From positions 1 through 60,472 of the forward strand of contig JAKAKG010000222.1 in NCBI GenBank assembly GCA_021813555.1: a DNA stretch of 60,472 nucleotides, read 5' to 3'. The position numbers were made by a program, and so were the translations under genes. Positions 39,077-48,182 of this stretch are shown here, piece by piece. The notes beneath the pieces are model-generated. The model saw only the letters and a list, made by a program, of their open reading frames with translations. It was not told the DNA's origin and made no database searches. This DNA comes from Acidobacteriota bacterium (lineage in GTDB: Bacteria > Acidobacteriota > UBA4820 > DSQY01). Each line of letters starts with the position of its first letter. Position 1 is the first letter of the stretch.

Positions 39077-39925
39077 ATGCCACTGACCATCAAGCGGGCA
39101 ACCAAATACGGGTTTTGTTCCGGCGTGCGCATCGCGGACCTGAAGGTCAAGCGCTTCACGGCCAAAGGCGGGCGCGGCGCCATCCTCGGGCAGGTGGTCC
39201 ACAACGAGCGGGTCGTGGAGGAGATGGAAAAGCTGGGCGTGCGAACCGTCCACGCCCTGGAGGAGGTGTCCGAGCCGGTCATCGTCTTCTCCGCGCACGG
39301 GGTTCCCCCCTCTACCCACGAAGCGGCCCGCGACATGGGGCTCGAGATCCTGGACACCACCTGCAAGTTCGTGTACGACATCCACAGGGAGTCTCGCAAG
39401 GCGCTGGCCGAGGGGGCTCACCTGGTGTTCATCGGGGATCCCAGCCACCGGGAAGTCATCGGCTACACCCACGATCTGGATCCCTCCGCCTACCATATCC
39501 TCCACAGTGCCGAGCAGGCCGAGGCCGTGGATTGGCGCGCCTATCGGGCTATCCGCGTCTTCTACCAGACCACCCTGAACGCCGATCAGTACAACGGGGT
39601 GGTCAATGTCATCGAGGCCGCCAACCCCCGAACATCCCGGGCCGACACCGTCTGCTACGCCACCAAGGAGAACCAGGAGGCGGCCCGTGCCTTGGCCAGG
39701 GATCCCGAGGTCCAGATGGTATTGGTCATAGGCGGCAAACACTCGGCCAACACAAGGCACCTCCACGAGATCTGCTCCCAGTTCAAACCCAGCTACTTGA
39801 TTCAAGGAGACTCGGACATCGACGTGGCTTGGCTGCAGGGCGTTTCCGTCGTGGGCATCACCGCGGGCGCTTCTACCCCCGACTACGTGGTGGACGAGGT
39901 GGAGCGGTTCCTCAAGGCGCTGTAA
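39077..39925 (+). CDS. ispH: 4-hydroxy-3-methylbut-2-enyl diphosphate reductase
   Basis: GFCSGV, VHN, SAHG, DTTC, HREV, QTT, TVCYATKENQ, SANT, TAGASTP. Confidence 0.96.
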   Translation: MPLTIKRATKYGFCSGVRIADLKVKRFTAKGGRGAILGQVVHNERVVEEMEKLGVRTVHALEEVSEPVIVFSAHGVPPSTHEAARDMGLEILDTTCKFVYDIHRESRKALAEGAHLVFIGDPSHREVIGYTHDLDPSAYHILHSAEQAEAVDWRAYRAIRVFYQTTLNADQYNGVVNVIEAANPRTSRADTVCYATKENQEAARALARDPEVQMVLVIGGKHSANTRHLHEICSQFKPSYLIQGDSDIDVAWLQGVSVVGITAGASTPDYVVDEVERFLKAL

Positions 39926-39944
39926 GAGCCCGAAGCAGTCTTCC

Positions 39945-40667
39945 TCATCCCTTCAAACCCATGCCGTAATAGAGGGGCAGCCTAACCCGGCGCAGGCCGG
40001 AGAGGATGGCCGCGCGCTCAGCGGCCGCCATGGAGAGGGCCTTTTCGGAGCCGAGCCTGCCTTGGTTCCGGAGGAACGCTACCTCATGCTCGGCCTCGGC
40101 GGGGTCCGTGATGGTGGTCCACTCATGGGAAGCGGCGCGGATGGTGGGGCGAAAGCCGGCCCGTCTCAGTCCCTCTTCCAGCCAAGGGCCCACGTCAAGA
40201 TGGCCTCCTGAGAAGTGCACGGCCCCGGCGATGGCCTTCCCCATACCCGTGTTGGGCTCGTCCACCCGGGCGGACAGGTCGGGCTCGGCCAGGATCATGG
40301 CTACGCCTTGGGGCTTCAAAACCCGCCTCGCTTCGCGCAAGGCCGCGAGAGGATCGGGAAGCCACAGGAGGAGGAAGTGGAAGGCCACGGCGTCGAGGGA
40401 ACCATCGGGGAAGGGCAGGGCGCAGGCGTCCCCAGCCACGGTTCGGACGTTCTCCGGTGGGGGGCTTCCTGGAGCCAAATCGAGCCCGTAGACGGGGCGC
40501 CCTGTTCGTGAGGCCATTTCGGCGGCCACGAGGCCCTCGCCCGAGCCCACATCCAGCACCTTCTCCCGCGTGGAGAGCCTCGCCATGCGGTACACGGCCG
40601 CGCGGATAGGCCGCGTCCGTTCAAACTGGAACCTGGAGGGGAACGCGTGGCCACCGTGTGCGGCGAT
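39945..40667 (-). CDS. Class I SAM-dependent methyltransferase (start uncertain: ATC 40667 or ATG 40586)
   Basis: 'VLDVGSGEG', 'GDACALPFPDGSLD', 'LREARRVLKPQG'. Confidence 0.8.
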   Translation of the reverse strand: MAAHGGHAFPSRFQFERTRPIRAAVYRMARLSTREKVLDVGSGEGLVAAEMASRTGRPVYGLDLAPGSPPPENVRTVAGDACALPFPDGSLDAVAFHFLLLWLPDPLAALREARRVLKPQGVAMILAEPDLSARVDEPNTGMGKAIAGAVHFSGGHLDVGPWLEEGLRRAGFRPTIRAASHEWTTITDPAEAEHEVAFLRNQGRLGSEKALSMAAAERAAILSGLRRVRLPLYYGMGLKG

Positions 40668-40672
40668 GGCGG

Positions 40673-42022
40673 CTAACCTCCGCTGGCCACTTCGCGGCAG
40701 AAGAGCTTCTGGTGCTCCGCCTCGATGGGACAGCCTCCCCCGCAGAGGGCCAGATGCTCGCAGGCCTCGCACTCGTTGAGGGGCTTTTGCGGCTTTCGGA
40801 GCCGTTGGCAAAGGGGGTGGTTCCAGATGGCGTCCCAGGGATCGCGCAGGATGTTGCCCACGCCCTCGTAGTAGGACTGGCAGGGGATCACCGTTCCGTC
40901 GGGCTCCACGGCCATGCTCAGGCGCGCCGCCGTGCACTGCTTCACGCCCACACCCATCTCCACGGGATTCAGCTCGCAGTATCGCGTGGGGGTATACCAC
41001 ACGAGACGAACGCCCTTCTCGCGGGCGCGGGCGGCGAGGCGCTCCAGGATCGGAATGACCTCCCGTGCAGTAAGCTCGGTGCCGCTGGCCTTGCCCTGGC
41101 CCGAGTAGATCATGCCGTTCACCGCGAAGGAGGGGAGGCCCTCCTGGGCTACCAGGTCCACGAGGGCTTCGATGCCATACGCGTTGAGCTGGGTGAGGGT
41201 CGTGTTGGTGAGGGTGTAGATTCCCGCGGCCTTGGCCGCCCGAAGGCCGGCGAGGGTCTCATCGAAGGAGTCGGCCCGGGTCATGACGTTGTGAATGGAA
41301 GGGTCCGCCGACTCCAGGGTGATCTGCACGTGGTCGAGTCCCGCTTCTCGAAGCCTCGCGGCGAACGCGGGGTCGCCCAGGCGGCGCCCGTTGGTGTTCA
41401 GGCCGGTCACGAGGCCCAGCTCCTCGGCATAGGCTATCAGGTCGGGCAGGTCCTCGCGCAGGGTCGGTTCCCCTCCCGTAAAGACCACGTGGGGAATTCC
41501 CGCCTTCTCGCACGCGTCCAGGACCTTGCGCCAGGAGGACGTGTCCATCTCCTCCACGTCCCGTCCCGGCTCGTTGTAGCAGTGCGCGCAGCGGTTCTGG
41601 CACCGGTAGGTGAGGGCCAGATCCATGCGCATGGGCGCCGTGAGGTCGGGGGAGTAGGGTTCGATGAGGTCCACCCCCAGGTCCGTCAGCGGACAGACCT
41701 GGTCCGTGGCGGAGAGGACTTTCACCGTATCGAAAATCCGGTGAATATCATCATGGAGCTGGCCGCGGGTCACGCCGCGGTAGCGCCTGAGCATGGCCTC
41801 CATGGCGCCCTCCTCGCCAAGGCCGTCCAGGAGGTGCTTGACCATCTCCGCGGCCGTGGCGTTGAGGTGGAGGATGCGGCTCGCGTCCAGGGTCACTACG
41901 GCGCCGTGGTCCGGGTTGACTCGCATGTGCACGCGGTGCGTGGCGCCGTCCACCTCCACCGTGCCCGAGTAGAGCCCCGGATCGACGGGCTTCGCTCTCT
42001 TGAACCAATCTTTGATCTTCAT
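40673..42022 (-). CDS. Radical SAM/SPASM enzyme with N-terminal PqqD-like RiPP recognition element
   Basis: 'LNATAAEM..LLDG....RY.V...L..D' (PqqD-like), CQNRCAHC, FTGGEP, NTNG, SPASM C..GTVIPC..GNI..CEACEHLALCGGGCP. Confidence 0.9.
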   Translation of the reverse strand: MKIKDWFKRAKPVDPGLYSGTVEVDGATHRVHMRVNPDHGAVVTLDASRILHLNATAAEMVKHLLDGLGEEGAMEAMLRRYRGVTRGQLHDDIHRIFDTVKVLSATDQVCPLTDLGVDLIEPYSPDLTAPMRMDLALTYRCQNRCAHCYNEPGRDVEEMDTSSWRKVLDACEKAGIPHVVFTGGEPTLREDLPDLIAYAEELGLVTGLNTNGRRLGDPAFAARLREAGLDHVQITLESADPSIHNVMTRADSFDETLAGLRAAKAAGIYTLTNTTLTQLNAYGIEALVDLVAQEGLPSFAVNGMIYSGQGKASGTELTAREVIPILERLAARAREKGVRLVWYTPTRYCELNPVEMGVGVKQCTAARLSMAVEPDGTVIPCQSYYEGVGNILRDPWDAIWNHPLCQRLRKPQKPLNECEACEHLALCGGGCPIEAEHQKLFCREVASGG

Positions 42023-42038
42023 GGCTTCCGCTCTTCCA

Positions 42039-43592
42039 TCATCTTCCCCCTCCCGCGCAGGCGCAGGCGCACCCGGCGCAGGCGCACGCGCAGGCGCATC
42101 CGCCGCCCGAGTGGCCGCCACCCGAAGTGACGGGCATGGGGTTGGTCTTCTGTGTGACGGCCGTGGAAAGGCCCGGCACGGAGTTCACCAGATCGTGGCC
42201 GAAGCTCTCGATGCTTGAGACCACGGTGTTGGCCGCAGCCACGGGGCTTGGGATGGAGCTTCCGCCCGGCGCGGGCAGGCCGGCGCCGGTGGTCCCGGCA
42301 TGAGAGGACCCGTAAAGCGCTCCCCACCACACGGGCAGCGGCATGGGGCGCGTCCCGAACCGCTCCGTGGCCGTCTGGCCGAAGTCCTTGTCCAAAAGGA
42401 GCCATTCAAAGGCCTGGGAGTAATCCTCCTGGCCCGCCTGGTCCCATGCCTTGCGCATGATGTCCTGGTAGTAGAGGAGGGATTTCTTGCGGCTGAATCC
42501 CTTCATTTTTTCCTGGACGCGCTGGACGAGGTCGGTGATGACGCGCGCTGCTTCCCCCTGGCTTATTTTTCCGTCGTCCTGCACCGCCTTGGCGAACTCC
42601 TGCTCGTAGGAGAAGGCAGGCTCCTGCCCCGGCAGAAGCGCCAGCGTGAGAGGACTGCGGGAGAGAACCTTTACCAGGCCCTTGCGCAGCATGCCGAAGA
42701 GGAGGAGAGCCATGACCTTGTCCACGGGCTGCTGCATGAGGACGGCCACTTCGGGGACCGTGAGGCCGCGCCGGACCTCGGTGCCCTCCATGCCCACGGA
42801 GGGCGGGAGGTACTGCATCCTCCTCCTGCGATTCTGGACGATGCCAACTACGAACAAGCCTACGAAGAGGAAGGGACACACGCACGTGAGCGACCCTCCC
42901 AGAAGGCTCGCCACGGCGTCGCCCATGCGCGTGCTCAGGGGCGGCCCCGCGGGCTTCTCCGCGACTCGCTGCATGACGCGGGCGGGGAAGGAGGCGCCGA
43001 AGGTATAGGCCCGGGACGGCGAAGCCTGCGGAATATCCCAGACGTAGTGGACGCGCCCGTCCTCCACCCGCGACGAGGTGAACTGGAGCCCGTGGTAGCG
43101 CGGCTCGTCCGGCCCCACTCCCTCGGGCAGGACGAACTCGCACACGAGGTGGGTGGTGCCGCTCGTGTACTCGGCCCCGTACCACGTGGGGCTGAACACG
43201 AGGCTTGCGTAGCTCTTGTCCTCGTCGTCGGGGAAGACGCGGTCCTTCAGGAGGGCCGTCAGGTGCAACGTGCCGCTCCGGCCCGCGGGAATCGCCCGGT
43301 CCCCCAAGTGCACTTCCACGCCGTGGGCCACGGCCGTCGAGGGGCGTATGTCGCTCATGGGCGTTCCGTCCAGGTCCGCCTTGACGTCGCTGTAGCCGTC
43401 GTCGGGGAGGCCCACGTCGATGACGTCGATGGGCTGGCCTTCGTTGGCGAAGGTGATGGCGTAGCTCACCCACACCGAAGCGTCCCGGTTCACCGCCACG
43501 GTGCACCGGTTCTCCGGAACCTGAAACTTGTAGTCCGCGAATGTGCCCAACGCCGCGCAGAGGGCGAGGCACGCGATGATGAGCTTCTTCAT
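42039..43592 (-). CDS. DUF2207-like membrane protein with C-terminal Cys-Ala repeat tail
   Basis: Signal peptide, exported beta domain, TM segment, cytoplasmic helical region, tail SGGGHSGGGCACACACAGCACACAGGGR. Confidence 0.85.
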   Translation of the reverse strand: MKKLIIACLALCAALGTFADYKFQVPENRCTVAVNRDASVWVSYAITFANEGQPIDVIDVGLPDDGYSDVKADLDGTPMSDIRPSTAVAHGVEVHLGDRAIPAGRSGTLHLTALLKDRVFPDDEDKSYASLVFSPTWYGAEYTSGTTHLVCEFVLPEGVGPDEPRYHGLQFTSSRVEDGRVHYVWDIPQASPSRAYTFGASFPARVMQRVAEKPAGPPLSTRMGDAVASLLGGSLTCVCPFLFVGLFVVGIVQNRRRRMQYLPPSVGMEGTEVRRGLTVPEVAVLMQQPVDKVMALLLFGMLRKGLVKVLSRSPLTLALLPGQEPAFSYEQEFAKAVQDDGKISQGEAARVITDLVQRVQEKMKGFSRKKSLLYYQDIMRKAWDQAGQEDYSQAFEWLLLDKDFGQTATERFGTRPMPLPVWWGALYGSSHAGTTGAGLPAPGGSSIPSPVAAANTVVSSIESFGHDLVNSVPGLSTAVTQKTNPMPVTSGGGHSGGGCACACACAGCACACAGGGR

Positions 43593-43618
43593 GATCGGTC
43601 CCCCATGAGGCGCAAGGT

Positions 43619-43648
43619 CAGGGAGCAGGGAGCAGGGAGCAGGGAGGG
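43619..43648. repeat. (CAGGGAG)x4 heptamer repeat
   Basis: cagggag cagggag cagggag cagggag. Confidence 0.85.
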
Positions 43649-43755
43649 ACCGCGCAACCCCGGTGGTCTGCGAGTTTCTTCCCCATTCATATCAGCACCT
43701 CATCCCCTGCGCGTGCTTCCCGCCTCCCGTTGATCGTCTCTCCCCATCGCGTCCT

Positions 43756-44139
43756 TCACCACTTGGGCTCTTCCTGGATGAGGAATGTTCCCTTGCAATA
43801 GCCGCACGTCACCGTGAGGGTCCCCTCGGGGTTGAGGGTCGCCGTGGAAGCGTCGACCTGTCCGCCGCAGTGAGGGCAGACAATGGGCTTCAGGCTGAGT
43901 TGTCCCGGAGGCTCCTGGCCGCCCGGTCCCGCCGGGGTCCCCTCCTTGAGCGAGGTCCCTCCCTTGGGCCGCCAGGCGAGCACCACCAGCACGAAACCCG
44001 CGAGGATCAGCAGGCCTCCCACCACAAGCCGCGGCAGGACCTTGTGCTGGGCCACCGCGTCGGGGTGGGCGGCGGCCAGCACGAAGATCCCCCCCAGCAG
44101 CCAGAGGAACGCGGAGACGAGAGTCGCCATGATTTTCAT
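43756..44139 (-). CDS. Small two-TM membrane protein with C-terminal zinc ribbon
   Basis: MKIMATLVS..; two hydrophobic helices; CPHCG...CGYC; ends EEPKW. It is the 3' part of track ORF 43756..45294. Confidence 0.8.
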   Translation of the reverse strand: MKIMATLVSAFLWLLGGIFVLAAAHPDAVAQHKVLPRLVVGGLLILAGFVLVVLAWRPKGGTSLKEGTPAGPGGQEPPGQLSLKPIVCPHCGGQVDASTATLNPEGTLTVTCGYCKGTFLIQEEPKW

Positions 44140-44153
44140 GCACGAACCCCGCG

Positions 44154-45344
44154 CTACTGATAGCGCTTTACGTCCATCTTCCAGTTGGATTTGAGCTCGA
44201 TGCGGAAGACGGGGTGGGATCCCGCGTCGAAGGTGTAGTCCCACTCGCCCGCCACGGGTTCCTGGGGAGGACGCCAGACCGCCACCCGGATGTGATGCTG
44301 CCCGGCGGCAACGGTCAGCTCCTTGGTGATGCGCTGCTTGGCCGACGTCGCCACCAGGTCCTGATCGTAGACTTTGGCGCCATCCACTTTCACGACGAGC
44401 TTGGTGCCGGGGGCCTCCGATTCGAGGATGAGGCCCAGCACTGCTTTGGCCTGGACGGGCGCGGGTGCTGCTTCTAGGGGAGCCGGGCCGGAGGAGGGGG
44501 CCGGCGGCTGACCCGCCGCGGCTTCGGCGGGCGGCTCGGGCTGCGGAGGCGTGGAGGAGGCCGTCGACGGCGCACGCTTCGTAGGCCGGGAAGGCGTTGG
44601 CGGCGGCGCCGGGGTCTCCGAGGGCGCCGCCGCGGATGGGGCAGCCTCCTGGGGCGCCGGGGTTGCCGGTGCTTCCGTGGGCGTGGCGGACTCGGAACTC
44701 GGCGGCGCGACAGGCTCGGGCTGGGTCTCGGCCGGAGTCTGGCTTTGCGCCTGCTGGGCCTGATCCTGCGCCTGCTGCGTCGCCTGAGCGAGCTGGTCCA
44801 AGGCCTTGGCTTTCGTCCTCTTCCACCAGACGTACCCGCCAGCACCTAGACCGGCCAGGACGACGAGGCCCACCAAGGCGGCGATGATGATGATCACCAT
44901 AGTGGATGACTTCTTTTTCGGGGGGCTGCCCGCGCCCGCCACCGGGGCCGCCTTGGGAGGAGCCGTCGGTTTGGCCGCCGCGGGAGGAGGCGGCGGCGGG
45001 GCAGCTTTGGCGGCCGCCACCGGAGCCGGGGGTGTCGCCACGGGAGCCGGGGGTGCCGCGGGCGGCGGCGGGGGCGGCGCGGGAGCCTGAGCGGCCTTCG
45101 GCGGCGCTGGAGGGGTCAGGGGCTTGGCGATCTTGGCTCCGCAGAAGCCGCAGAAGGTCGCGCCTGGCTTGGTCAAGGGCTTGCCGCACGTGGGGCAGGC
45201 CGGCGCACCCGCTGGCGCGGCGCTCAGATCCGTCGTCATGGTGGTCTCGGCGGGGTTCGGCGAGACATCCCGCTTGGCTCCGCAGACGCCGCAAAATTTC
45301 GCTTCATCCTTGAGCGTGGTGCCGCAATTCGCGCAGACCGCCAT
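44154..45344 (-). CDS. Double zinc-ribbon, Pro/Ala-rich single-pass membrane protein with C-terminal beta domain
   Basis: CANC..FCGVCG and CPTC..FCGFCG, Pro-rich linkers, one TM, GGAGG RBS. Confidence 0.82.
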   Translation of the reverse strand: MAVCANCGTTLKDEAKFCGVCGAKRDVSPNPAETTMTTDLSAAPAGAPACPTCGKPLTKPGATFCGFCGAKIAKPLTPPAPPKAAQAPAPPPPPPAAPPAPVATPPAPVAAAKAAPPPPPPAAAKPTAPPKAAPVAGAGSPPKKKSSTMVIIIIAALVGLVVLAGLGAGGYVWWKRTKAKALDQLAQATQQAQDQAQQAQSQTPAETQPEPVAPPSSESATPTEAPATPAPQEAAPSAAAPSETPAPPPTPSRPTKRAPSTASSTPPQPEPPAEAAAGQPPAPSSGPAPLEAAPAPVQAKAVLGLILESEAPGTKLVVKVDGAKVYDQDLVATSAKQRITKELTVAAGQHHIRVAVWRPPQEPVAGEWDYTFDAGSHPVFRIELKSNWKMDVKRYQ

Positions 45345-45557
45345 GGCCGACCTCCCCGGGATCCTGTCTTCCTTGCCTTATGCGTTCGGGCGAGCAACCC
45401 GCCGCGGGCACCCAGCTCGCCGCTTCGCCCCTCAATCCGGACCTGACGATCGTATTGTAGCAGGAGTGAGGGCCCGCCGGTCAACACAGCACGGGGGCCG
45501 CCACGACTTACACTGGGACCGCGTCCGAAGCATGGGGAACGCCGTGCCAGGGGCCCT

Positions 45558-46886
45558 TCAGGGAAGATCGCCGGAGCTCCAGCGGAACTGGACTCTGGCC
45601 GCACGGTACTCCCACTGGGCGGTGACTTGGGATGTCTCGGCTTTGGCGAGGGCCGTCTCGGCATCGAGGAGGTCGGTGATGGTTCCCGCGCCCACCTCGT
45701 AGCGGTCCCTGGCGAGCCGCTCGCTCTCCCGCGCGCTCGCCACGAGGGCCTCCGCGGTCTGGATGGCCTCGTAGGAGGCCTGGAGCCCGGAAAAGGCGTC
45801 CCAAACCTGTTCCTGAACGGCCAGGGCCGTCTGCCGGGCGTCCGTCTCCGCCTTGCTCAGGTCCACTTTGGCCTTGGCGAGGTTCTGGACACGCGAGAAT
45901 CCCGTGAAGAGGGGGACGGAGACGGTCACGCCGACGAGCCATGTCTTGTCCTGCGGGTACCAGGAGGCGTCCTCGCGTCCGTAGGAGGCCGCCGCGGAAA
46001 CCTTGGGCGAGAAGGCGCCCCGGGTGGCGTCCACCCCCCGGCGGGCGGCCTCCACGCCCTGCTCCGCCGCGTGGATGGCGGGCCGGTTTTGGAGGGCCGT
46101 GGCTTGGGCGCGGGCGAGTTCCGATTCCTCGGGAGCCTTGGGCGGGTCTACCGGCGGTGCGAGGTTCAAGGGAGTCGAGGCGTTCAATCCCATGGCGGTG
46201 GCCAGGCGGCCTCTGCTCACGCGGACCGCGTCATCGGCGCGGACGAGGGTCAGGCGCGCGTCGGCCGCGTCCGCTTCGGCGCGCTTCACGTCCACGAGGG
46301 GGACCGCTCCAGCTTCCTTGCGGGCTTGGGCGAGGGCCAGATGATCTTCGGACCGCTTGAGGCTCTGGGCCGCCACGTCCCGCCGCGCCTGGGCGGATGC
46401 AAGGGCGAAATAGGCTTGGGCCACGGTCAGGGACAGGTCTTGCCTCACGCGTGCCGCCTCCGCTCCGCTCATCTTCTGCCGCGCGCGGGCGGCGCCCAGT
46501 TGGGCCTTGCGCTCGCCGCCGTCGAAGAGCGTATAGGCGGCGCTCAGGGCGAAGGTGTAGTCGTCCGTGGGGCCCACCAAGGTTGGCACGGGCTTTCCCG
46601 GGAAGGAAAGGCCGTTGGGCAGGAAAATGCGCCGCTGCCACCGGCTGGCGCCCAGGCTGAGGGCGAGGCTGGGGTAGTAGGGCGCCTTGGCCGCCTCAGC
46701 CGTGTGCGAGGCGCTTTCCAATGAGAGGGCTGCGGACGCCTCGATGGGGCTCTCGCCCTGGGCGGCGGCGATGCACTGCTCCAAGGTTAGGGGCGCCGCC
46801 GGGGTCGAGGGCGCGTGCTCGGAAACCGTCTGTGCTCCGAGGGCCAGTCCCGCCATTAACATCAGTCCTATCATCCAGGCCCGCAT
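45558..46886 (-). CDS. TolC-family outer-membrane efflux channel
   Basis: Signal peptide, 'LTLEQCIAAA', two OEP repeats ('Y.LFDGG', 'VPLFTGF', 'RYEVG..T..DLLDA'). Confidence 0.92.
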   Translation of the reverse strand: MRAWMIGLMLMAGLALGAQTVSEHAPSTPAAPLTLEQCIAAAQGESPIEASAALSLESASHTAEAAKAPYYPSLALSLGASRWQRRIFLPNGLSFPGKPVPTLVGPTDDYTFALSAAYTLFDGGERKAQLGAARARQKMSGAEAARVRQDLSLTVAQAYFALASAQARRDVAAQSLKRSEDHLALAQARKEAGAVPLVDVKRAEADAADARLTLVRADDAVRVSRGRLATAMGLNASTPLNLAPPVDPPKAPEESELARAQATALQNRPAIHAAEQGVEAARRGVDATRGAFSPKVSAAASYGREDASWYPQDKTWLVGVTVSVPLFTGFSRVQNLAKAKVDLSKAETDARQTALAVQEQVWDAFSGLQASYEAIQTAEALVASARESERLARDRYEVGAGTITDLLDAETALAKAETSQVTAQWEYRAARVQFRWSSGDLP

Positions 46887-46931
46887 GGCGCGCTCCTTTG
46901 TATTCATCTTCGATCTCGTCCGCATCCCGCC

Positions 46932-46958
46932 TTTAACATCCCACATACCACATCCCCC
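46932..46958. repeat. (CCACATC)-type heptamer repeat
   Basis: taacatc ccacata ccacatc ccc, between the permease stop and the tolC start. Confidence 0.55.
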
Positions 46959-48092
46959 TTATCCAGCGGTTTTCTTGAACCGTCCCGAGGCCAGGGACAG
47001 GAGGACCACGCCCAGGACCGCCAGGGCGGCCATCTGGGGCCAAAGAACTTCCACGCCGACGCCCTTGAGGAAGACCCCCCGGACGATGATCAGAAAATAT
47101 CGCAGGGGATTGACATAGGTGAGCCACCGCACCACGAGGGGCATATTGGCGATGGGGTAGATGAACCCCGAGAGGAGGATGGCGGGCTGCATGAAGAAGA
47201 AGGCCGTCATCATGGCCTGCTGCTGGGTTTTACTGATGGTGGAGATGAGAAGGCCCACCCCGAGGGTGCTCAGGAGGAAGAGCCCCGTGGAGGCGAAGAG
47301 GACGAGGGGGTTCCCCTGGAAGGGCACGCGAAACCAGAACACGGCGATAAGGCTGATGAGGATCACGTCGAAGAAGCCGATGAGGGCGAAGGGGATGGTT
47401 TTGCCCAGGATGAACTCCGCCCTGCCGATGGGGGTCACCATGATCTGCTCCATGGTGCCGATCTCCCGCTCGCGGACGATGGCCATGCTAGAGAGGATGA
47501 CGGAAACCACCATGAGGAGGAGGGCGACGACCCCGGGAACAAAGTAGTCACGGCTGTCCAGGTTGGGGTTGTACCACGCGCGGGAGGCCAAGGTCACGGG
47601 CTGGACGGCCAGGGCAGCGCCGCCGCTTCGGTTCAGCCGCCTGATGAGCAGATCCTGGCCGTAGGCCGAGGCGATTCGGGAGGTGTATCCCAGAACGATG
47701 CTCGCGGTATTGGAATCGGTGCCGTCCAGGATGAGCTGGAGCTGGCCCGTGCGGCCCCCCTCCACGTCGTCTTGGAATCCCCGGTTGATTCGGAAGACGG
47801 CCTTCGCGGAGCCCTTGTCCAGAACGTCCGCCACTTGCGCTTCACTGCCCAGCCGCTGGACGACGTGGAAATACCCCGATCCGTCAAAGGCGTCCATGAG
47901 GCGGCGGCTCTGGGGAGTGTTGTCCAGGTCGAAGAGGGCTACTCGGATGCCGCGCACGTCGGTGGTGACAGCGTACCCGAAGATGATCACCTGAAAAATA
48001 GGCACCACGATGAGCACGGCCCTCATCCGCGGGTCCCTGAGGACCTGGATGAACTCCTTTCGGAGCATGGTGCGCAGGCGCTCGGCTATCAA
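46959..48092 (-). CDS. ABC-2 permease (YbhR-like)
   Basis: TTG start after GAGGTG; 'KEFIQVLRD', 'WYNPNL', 'REREIGTMEQ', 'NPLRYF'. Confidence 0.9.
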   Translation of the reverse strand: MIAERLRTMLRKEFIQVLRDPRMRAVLIVVPIFQVIIFGYAVTTDVRGIRVALFDLDNTPQSRRLMDAFDGSGYFHVVQRLGSEAQVADVLDKGSAKAVFRINRGFQDDVEGGRTGQLQLILDGTDSNTASIVLGYTSRIASAYGQDLLIRRLNRSGGAALAVQPVTLASRAWYNPNLDSRDYFVPGVVALLLMVVSVILSSMAIVREREIGTMEQIMVTPIGRAEFILGKTIPFALIGFFDVILISLIAVFWFRVPFQGNPLVLFASTGLFLLSTLGVGLLISTISKTQQQAMMTAFFFMQPAILLSGFIYPIANMPLVVRWLTYVNPLRYFLIIVRGVFLKGVGVEVLWPQMAALAVLGVVLLSLASGRFKKTAG

Positions 48093-48182
48093 GGATTCAC
48101 CTCTGCGAGACGTGATGAGGGGATGAGGGAACCTTTGCGTTCTGGCGACCCCAGTCCGATAGGTGTGCATTCATCGCTCTCG

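Noticed and set aside
44460-45120. Low-complexity GC-rich repeats
   Set aside because: Explained by Pro/Ala-rich linkers of the zinc-ribbon membrane protein.
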